From NCBI GenBank assembly GCA_947628605.1, contig CANRAM010000003.1, positions 1 through 41,633 of the forward strand: 41,633 bases of DNA, read 5' to 3'. The stretch comes from an uncultured Clostridia bacterium (lineage in GTDB: Bacteria > Bacillota > Clostridia > TANB77 > CAG-508). The translations under genes were made by a program, and so were the position numbers. The notes beneath the pieces are model-generated. The model saw only the letters and a list, made by a program, of their open reading frames with translations. It had not been told where the DNA came from and searched no databases. Shown in pieces: positions 34,781 through 41,633 of the stretch (the first letter of the stretch is position 1; each line of letters begins with the position of its first letter).

Positions 34781-35630
34781 CTAAAATTTATTTCCAGTAA
34801 TTTTTTCATAAGCTTCAATATATTTATTACGAGTAGTATCAATTACACTTTGTGGAATTGGAGTAGGATTTTCAGCATTCCAACCAGTTCCTTTTAGCCA
34901 ATCTCTTAAATATTGTTTATCAAAACTTTTTCCGAGAATGACCAACTTTATATTCATCTGCTGGCCAAAATCTGCTTGAATCTGGAGTTAAAAGCTCATC
35001 CCCTAAAACTAAATCTCCATTTTCATCTAAACCAAATTCAAATTTGGTATCTGCAATAATTATTCCTTTAGATAAAGCATATTCAGCACATTTTGAATAA
35101 ATTTCTATTGAAGTATCTCTAACTTTTTTTGCAAGTTCTTCACCTATTAAATCACAAGTTTGTTCAAAGCTAATATTTTCATCGTGACCTTCGCTAGCTT
35201 TAGTAGAAGGAGTAAAAATTGGTGTAGGAAGTTTTTCAGATTCTTGCAAACCTTCAGGTAAACTAATACCACAAACAGTTCCATTTTCTTTATAACTTTT
35301 CCAACCAGAGCCAGTAATATATCCCCTAACAATACATTCAATAGGAAGCATTTTTAATTTTTTTACTAACATACTTCTTCCTTCAAATTCAGGCTTTTGA
35401 AATTCTTCAGGAAAATCAGAAATATTAGTTGAAATAATGTGATTTTTTACAAAATTTTGTGTATAATCAAACCAAAATTCAGAAATTTTATTAAGTATTA
35501 TACCTTTATCTGTTACCATAGTTGGAAGTATAACATCAAAAGCAGAAATTCTATCCGAAACAACAATTATAAGTTTGTTATCATCAACTTCGTAAATTTC
35601 ACGTACTTTACCACTACTAATCTTTTTCAT
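34781..35630 (-). CDS. purC: SAICAR synthetase; +1 shift at CGG 34934
   Basis: SGKVRE, SDRISAFD, ADTKFEFG, TPDSSRFW. GHS(c)GKSFDKQYLRDWL...YEKITG restores the conserved C-terminus, giving 282 aa. Confidence 0.93.
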
Positions 35631-35683
35631 AAAAACCTCTTTTCCGCCTATAAATAGGCTAATTATTAAATTAATTTATTATC

Positions 35684-35825
35684 TAGAAGTATATGTTTTA
35701 ATTTTTTTTAAATACTTCGGCTTTCCCCAAAGAAACTGTAAAAAATACTTCGTATTTTAACAGTTTCTATTGGTCCCCACAAAAGCCTCGTCATCATTTA
35801 AAAAAAATTAAAACATATACTTCTA
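35684..35825. repeat. 142-bp nested palindrome (MITE/REP-like)
   Basis: Perfect 30-bp outer arms plus inner GGCTTT/AAAGCC and AGAAACTGT/ACAGTTTCT stems. Confidence 0.75.
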
Positions 35826-35848
35826 AATCTATTTACTAAAATAAAATT

Positions 35849-36370
35849 TTACATTTGCTCTAAATAAGCACTATAACCTAAATCTTGTAGTTTTTCATCT
35901 TTCTTTATAACAGTATCCTTTAAAGTACTCTTAAAGTCAGCAAGTTTTTTCTTAAGTTCATCATTTCCAACACTAAGAATAGACGTAGCTAAAATTCCTG
36001 CATTTTTTGCACCATTAATAGCAACAGTAGCAACTGGAATTCCAGAAGGCATTTGAACAATTGAATATAAAGAATCTAGACCACTTAAAGTTTTTGTGTG
36101 AATTGGAATACCTATAACAGGAATAGTTGGAACTAAGGCAGCAAAAACACCAGGTAAATGAGCAGCACCACCAGCACCAGCAATAATAACTTTTGTACCA
36201 CTTTCCTTTAAACTTTCAGCATATTCAAAAGCTTTTTCAGGTGTTCTATGAACCGATAAAATCTTCATTTCATAAGAAATACCCATATCCTCTAAAAATT
36301 TTGCAGCATCTTTCATAATATTTAAATCAGAGTCACTACCCATAATAATACTAACATCAAAGTTTTTCAT
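35849..36370 (-). CDS. purE: N5-carboxyaminoimidazole ribonucleotide mutase
   Basis: MGSDSD, S.HRTP, AGGAAHLPG, SIVQMPSGIPVATV. Confidence 0.97.
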   Translation of the reverse strand: MKNFDVSIIMGSDSDLNIMKDAAKFLEDMGISYEMKILSVHRTPEKAFEYAESLKESGTKVIIAGAGGAAHLPGVFAALVPTIPVIGIPIHTKTLSGLDSLYSIVQMPSGIPVATVAINGAKNAGILATSILSVGNDELKKKLADFKSTLKDTVIKKDEKLQDLGYSAYLEQM

Positions 36371-36683
36371 AAATTATCCTCCTTGTATCAAAACTAGACA
36401 TATTATAACACGTATAAACAAAAAAGTCAGTATTTTTTTGCATATTAAAGAATAAAAAATTTGAAGAATATGGCAATTAGGTTTACAATATGAACTAAAA
36501 AATGCTATAATAAAAGCATATATGAAATACGAAGAAGGATATAGCGGAAAAACTTGGAAGCAAATAGCAAAAGAACAAAAAGAAAACGAAGAAGCAGACC
36601 AAATTAGGTAATAAAAATAAACATAAAACTATGTTTGAATTGATTGCTGTATATTATATAATATATAAAAAAGGAGTAATATT

Positions 36684-38384
36684 ATGAATAGTAAAAAAAC
36701 CAATTATCTAATAGCCGTAATGAATGTAATAGCTATAGTATCATTTTATTTGTTATATTTTTCATCAAATTATTTAACAGATACTATGATGATAAGCTCA
36801 AATGGTGCTAAAAATATATATAACAATAATATTATTGAATTTTTATTACTTAATATAAAACCAATAATGATAATACTAAGCTTAAGTATTGCGATACCTA
36901 ATATTGTTTCTGCAATTCAAAATAAAAAAGATAAAAAATTAAGTTTTTGGCAACTTGTTTTTGGAGTTTATAATCTAAGTGCGGCAGTAGATATAGCATT
37001 TCTAGAATACTCAGATGTCAAAAAATGGGAACATATAATAATGTTTATAGTAATCCCTATAATATTAGTAATTAAAAATTTTATTACTATAAAAAAAGAT
37101 AAACCTACGAAACTTAAAATTGTTTCTTATATGTTAGCTATAATAATAGCTATAATTGAAATATTTAATTGTTTATTTAATTTTTTGGGTACAGGAACTT
37201 TGTGGAGTATAATAGCAATAATAATGCAATTTATATATATTCATAATCAAGAAAATACTAATGTTGAAAGTAAAGGAAGAAAAGTATTTAATATTATTCT
37301 ATATTATATAATACAAACAATAGTAGTTGTATCGTTTTCATTTATAGTTATTTATTCATTATCAGTTGTAAAAATTAATGAAATAAAATTAGATAGCCAA
37401 TTATCAGAATTACATAGTAATATAACAAAGTTACAAGGAATTACTAATGAAGAAATATATATTCCTGTAAAAAAAGACAATAAATACGGTTTTATAAATG
37501 AAAAAGGACAGGAAAAAATAGAGTGTCAATATAATATAGTAACATATTTCTACGAAATTGAAATTAATAATACTAAATATTATATAGCATTAGCAAATAA
37601 AGACGATAAATGGTATATCATTTCAAAAAGTAATGAAAGTATAGAACTAAATGGAGATGTAGGAAAAAATATACAAACGAGTTATAATTATTTTAGCGAA
37701 TCTGTGATGCGTGTTAAAAGCGAAGAGTCTAGATTGTTATTATATAAACTCTTTTTAGGTATACTTTTTAGAGGAAATGAAGAGTTAAATGAACAATTCC
37801 TAGAAGAAAGCGATACCAATAGTATTACTTTAACAGAACAAAATTCAGAATATTATTATTCTAACAAAAACTTTACTATGATAATAGAGCCACTATATGC
37901 TCAAACAGATTATGAAGAAAATTATTATGAAGAAAGTGATGATTCATCAGGTAAAACAAAATGCAATGTAACAATAATAAAACCTAATGGAGAACGAAAA
38001 TCTAGTATAGTATATTTAACACAATTTGATGAATATAATGCAACTATAAAAACATTTTCAAATGGATATATAGAGTTTGAAAATGAAGAACAAACATATA
38101 CTGGCTGGTATGATAATAATGGAAATAAATCAACAATTTCTAATGATTACTATATAATAGATATTAAAGATAATAAAATAATATTAGCCAACTATGCGGA
38201 TGGAACATCTGAATATATAATAATAGATATAACAGGAAAAGTATTACTAAAAACAACGGATATTTTAATTTTTAATAATTTGTATGCAGTAAAAAATGAA
38301 AATAAAAATATGATTCTTGTAGATAAAGACTTAAATACAATATCAAAAGAATATGATAAAATACTTAATATCAAATTTAAATAA
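36684..38384 (+). CDS. Hypothetical membrane protein with multi-TM N-terminus and WG-repeat-like soluble part
   Basis: About 7 TM segments followed by KYGFINEKGQEKIEC.Y; AAGGAG RBS. Confidence 0.6.
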   Translation: MNSKKTNYLIAVMNVIAIVSFYLLYFSSNYLTDTMMISSNGAKNIYNNNIIEFLLLNIKPIMIILSLSIAIPNIVSAIQNKKDKKLSFWQLVFGVYNLSAAVDIAFLEYSDVKKWEHIIMFIVIPIILVIKNFITIKKDKPTKLKIVSYMLAIIIAIIEIFNCLFNFLGTGTLWSIIAIIMQFIYIHNQENTNVESKGRKVFNIILYYIIQTIVVVSFSFIVIYSLSVVKINEIKLDSQLSELHSNITKLQGITNEEIYIPVKKDNKYGFINEKGQEKIECQYNIVTYFYEIEINNTKYYIALANKDDKWYIISKSNESIELNGDVGKNIQTSYNYFSESVMRVKSEESRLLLYKLFLGILFRGNEELNEQFLEESDTNSITLTEQNSEYYYSNKNFTMIIEPLYAQTDYEENYYEESDDSSGKTKCNVTIIKPNGERKSSIVYLTQFDEYNATIKTFSNGYIEFENEEQTYTGWYDNNGNKSTISNDYYIIDIKDNKIILANYADGTSEYIIIDITGKVLLKTTDILIFNNLYAVKNENKNMILVDKDLNTISKEYDKILNIKFK

Positions 38385-38396
38385 AAAAATCACAAA

Positions 38397-38428
38397 ACCT
38401 CGTTTATTAGAATAATAATAAACGAGGT
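38397..38428 (+). promoter_or_regulatory. Hairpin sequestering the SDR gene RBS
   Basis: ACCTCGTTTATTA pairs with TAATAAACGAGGT; the right arm contains GAGGT. Confidence 0.45.
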
Positions 38429-38434
38429 GAAATT

Positions 38435-39379
38435 ATGAACTATAAATATTATACATCTAATAATAATGGGCAAGACGACTACGGCTTAAAATACATAGAT
38501 GAGCAGGGTTATGGATTAATTTGCAAAAACTATCAATTGGAGTTTCCACCGCAACATCAAGATACACAACCAGGAATGGAATATTTAATGACTCCAAGAC
38601 CTATATTCAACAATCCATATTATAGGGGAAGCGGAAAATTAATGAATAAAGTAGCAATAATAACAGGAGGAGATTCTGGAATAGGAAGAGCAGTTGCAGT
38701 AGGCTTTGTAAAAGAAGGGGCAACAGTAGTAATAGTTTACTACAATGAACAAAAGGATGCAGAAGAAACCAAAGAATTTATAGAAAAAATTGGAGGAAAA
38801 TGTTTATTACTTGCAGGAGATATTAAAGATACTAATTTTTGTAATAAAGTTATAGAAGAAACATTAAATAAATTCGGAAAAATAGATATTTTAGTAAATA
38901 ATGCAGGAGTACAATATCAGCAAAAAAGTTTACTAGATATAACAGACGAACAATTTGATTTAACAATGAAAACTAATATATATTCAATGTTCTATTTAAC
39001 AAAACGAGCGTTGAAACATATGTTGCCAGGAGCAAGTATTATAAATGTAACATCAATAACAACATTCAAAGGAGAACCAGAATTAATAGATTATGTAACA
39101 AGCAAAGGAGCAATTGTAGGCTTTACAAGGGCTCTTGCAACTAACTTAGCTCCTAAAAATATACGAGTAAATGCAGTATCACCGGGAGTATTTTGGACAC
39201 CACTTCAACCAGCCTGTTGGGAAGCAGAAAAAATACCAACATTAGGTTCAGATGCACCAATGGGAAGAGCAGGTCATCCATATGAAATAGCACCATTATT
39301 CATATATTTAGCAAGTGCGGATTCATCATATGTAACAGGTCAAGTTATGCATATTAATGGAGGAGAATATAAAGGATAA
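38435..39379 (+). CDS. SDR family oxidoreductase (YhxC/YghA-like)
   Basis: TGGDSGIG, NNAG, YVTSK (YxxxK), RVNAVSPG motifs; PQHQ..QPG N-terminus. Confidence 0.9.
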   Translation: MNYKYYTSNNNGQDDYGLKYIDEQGYGLICKNYQLEFPPQHQDTQPGMEYLMTPRPIFNNPYYRGSGKLMNKVAIITGGDSGIGRAVAVGFVKEGATVVIVYYNEQKDAEETKEFIEKIGGKCLLLAGDIKDTNFCNKVIEETLNKFGKIDILVNNAGVQYQQKSLLDITDEQFDLTMKTNIYSMFYLTKRALKHMLPGASIINVTSITTFKGEPELIDYVTSKGAIVGFTRALATNLAPKNIRVNAVSPGVFWTPLQPACWEAEKIPTLGSDAPMGRAGHPYEIAPLFIYLASADSSYVTGQVMHINGGEYKG

Positions 39380-39447
39380 TATGTTATTTTTATCATTGCT
39401 TTTTTATTTTTTTGTATTATAATTAAAGAAAATAAAAAGGAGTTAAT

Positions 39448-40191
39448 ATGAAAAGGAATAAAAATATAAATAAAATAATACAAACAGGAATAACAATAAT
39501 TTTTATAGCAATATTTATACTTTTTGGATATGAACTAGAACCAAAGGATAAAACTTCAAATAACATACAAAATGAAATTAATATAAACTTAAATACAAAT
39601 GAAATACCAGAATATTTTGGAGAGATAGTTGTTAATATTAATAATAATATTCCATATTTTGAAGATAAAGATATAAGTACTGAAAATTTTGAAAATTATT
39701 CAGTACTTGACTCTTTAAATAGAGCAGGACAAGCTTTTGCAAATATTTGTAAAAACACGATGCCACCGCAAGGTACAAAAAGAGGTAGTATTTCATATAA
39801 ACCAACAGGTTGGGTTCAATATCTATATGGAGAAAACAATAGTAAACATTTATACGAAAGATGTCACTTAATAGCGTGGCAGTTGGGAAATGAAAACAAC
39901 AATAAAAATAATCTAATTACAGGTACTTCGCAAATGAATGAAGCTATGATAGAATATGAAAATACAGTTGCAAATTGGATTAAGCAACAAAATGAAAAAG
40001 GCAATGATTATCATATTTTATACAGAGTAACTCCTATTTATGAAGGAGAAAATAAATTAGCAAAGGGTGTAGAAATAGAAGCAAAGTCGGTTGAAGAAGA
40101 AGGAGTATCATTTAATAAATTCATATACAATGTGCAAGATAATTTTGAAATTAATTATAGTACGGGAGAAGCAAAATTAATAGAAGAATAA
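39448..40191 (+). CDS. DNA/RNA non-specific endonuclease (EndA/DNA-entry nuclease-like)
   Basis: N-terminal anchor; LD.LNR, P.GW, ERCHLIA, NLITGT..MN and YRVTP.Y motifs. Confidence 0.85.
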   Translation: MKRNKNINKIIQTGITIIFIAIFILFGYELEPKDKTSNNIQNEININLNTNEIPEYFGEIVVNINNNIPYFEDKDISTENFENYSVLDSLNRAGQAFANICKNTMPPQGTKRGSISYKPTGWVQYLYGENNSKHLYERCHLIAWQLGNENNNKNNLITGTSQMNEAMIEYENTVANWIKQQNEKGNDYHILYRVTPIYEGENKLAKGVEIEAKSVEEEGVSFNKFIYNVQDNFEINYSTGEAKLIEE

Positions 40192-40226
40192 TTACGTACA
40201 GTAAAAAATAAAGAGAAGGTGATAAA

Positions 40227-40706
40227 TTGGAAATAGAATTAAATAAAATAATACAAAAATTTCAAAATAATAATTTTATCAAAGATTTTGTAGAAGAATT
40301 AACTAAAGCACTAAATAATTCTAACAATAAAAATAAGCAAAACGATGAAAATTTAAAAAACATAAAATTATCTCAAGAAGAAGATTTAGAGTTATATAGG
40401 AAAGAAACTGATTTTTTACAGGAATATTTTAAAAAGGAATTATCAGATTTAAGTAAGGGAGAAATATTCATAGTTACCAATAAATATGAAGCTGATATTG
40501 AAAATTGTAGATATAAAATTGGTCAATATAAGGATAATAAGCAATGTCTACAAATTGTTTTTGAAAATGATTTACCAAAAAATATTCAATTAGATGATAT
40601 AGTAAGAAAAATAGATGGAAAATATATTTATGATGAAGAAGCTACAAAATATGTTAAAGATATTAGGAATAAAATAAGACAAGAAATAATAGATAAAAGA
40701 AATTAA
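40227..40706 (+). CDS. Hypothetical protein
   Basis: 159-aa ORF with an AAGGTG RBS before TTG; no recognised motif. Confidence 0.55.
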   Translation: MEIELNKIIQKFQNNNFIKDFVEELTKALNNSNNKNKQNDENLKNIKLSQEEDLELYRKETDFLQEYFKKELSDLSKGEIFIVTNKYEADIENCRYKIGQYKDNKQCLQIVFENDLPKNIQLDDIVRKIDGKYIYDEEATKYVKDIRNKIRQEIIDKRN

Positions 40707-40715
40707 AGAAGCGGT

Positions 40716-41190
40716 TTATAATATCGCTCCTAATACCAATATACCAATATTATTATTATAAATTTCATTAAACTGATTTATAGAAAGAGGATTATTACCA
40801 AGTCCCGCTTCAATAGTAAAACCAGGTCTTCTAAAATCTTTTATAAACCAATCCTTAAACCCAGCAAAACTAGAATTGTAAGGAGTAACAGCTAAATTAT
40901 AACCACTAGCCTGAGAAAAAGCCTTGCCAATATATAATGATTCTTGAGGGGTATAATTTTCAAACTGCCAGTAAATCTCTTTACCTTGAGTATGATAAGC
41001 AATAACTAATCTAAAATTATGTTGAAGAGTAAAATTATATAAAGCTAAACTTTCAGGCTGTGATAAAGGTTTTTCACCCACATAGTCACGAGGAGCAGGA
41101 GTAATGAAACCCTGTGAATACTTTATATGCTTAGCATTTTCCCAGCCGTGCAGGAAATTGCAAATTTAAATCCACACCTCTCGTGTTTAA
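40716..41190 (-). pseudogene. 3' half of an M14 gamma-D-glutamyl-meso-diaminopimelate peptidase (YqgT-like), 5' part absent; +1 shift at CGG 41148
   Basis: RGVDLNLQFPA(c)GWE...P.P..Y.G..PLSQPES, AYHTQG, GFKDWF, GFTIEAG motifs. Similarity to the family stops upstream of about 41190. Confidence 0.75.
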
Positions 41191-41633
41191 AAAATACCAA
41201 CCCAAAATTAAAATGAATAAAATGCAGTAATCATCTATATTACAGAGTATTTCGATATTAAAGAAATATTCTGTTTTTTTATGCAATTCAAAGACAATAT
41301 TCAGAAGAATTTTTAAATAGTTTATATGCAAATTTTAAATGAATTTTATCTATTTTTTTAATAAAATTATTCTAAAAAATGATAAAAATTATGACTCTCA
41401 GAGGGCTAAAAAGGGTATTAGGGATTTTTCCCTAAACAGCGATTTGTGGTCCAACAGACCATGCTGGCGACCAAAGGGCATAAAAAAAATGCCCTACCTT
41501 GTCGGAGCAAAAAAATTTTGCTCAAAATATCAAATTACGCTTCGCTAATTTTGATATTTTTTATATGTCAAAAATTAAGAACTATACTTTTAAGATTAGT
41601 ATAGTTCTATTTTATTTTTTGTAATTAAATTTT

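Noticed and set aside
41131..41548. ORFs 41131-41331 and 41339-41548 as real genes
   Set aside because: Only the last ~14 codons before the CGG of the first match the peptidase; the second overlaps the hairpin cluster and has no RBS or motif.
41190..41633. Group I/II intron or IStron interrupting the peptidase
   Set aside because: I could not find a group II domain V or group I core motifs in the visible part.

Overview
A very AT-rich chromosomal segment, most likely from a gut-type Clostridia (Bacillota) genome. From left to right it holds: a toxin-antitoxin remnant islet next to tRNA-Arg(UCU); membrane and ABC transporter genes; a cell-envelope and housekeeping block (CvpA, LCP, rsfS, D,D-carboxypeptidase, comEA, tex); a minus-strand cluster of a C-A-T-C-A-T-R NRPS, a membrane histidine kinase and a REC/HD-GYP regulator; purine genes (purM, purL, purB facing purE, purC); several accessory genes; and an interrupted M14 peptidase. 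The main finding is that 8 otherwise intact genes, on both strands, carry 9 identical +1 frame breaks. At each one the ribosome meets an in-frame CGG, and the protein continues correctly only if the C is skipped and the following GGN is read as Gly. Several of those Gly residues are conserved in the family. The only in-frame CGG codons I found that do not shift frame lie in one foreign-looking ORF flanked by inverted repeats. This points to a possible genome-wide recoding rule (CGG-N read as a 4-nt Gly codon, or +1 frameshifting at an unassigned CGG). A systematic sequencing artefact still has to be excluded.
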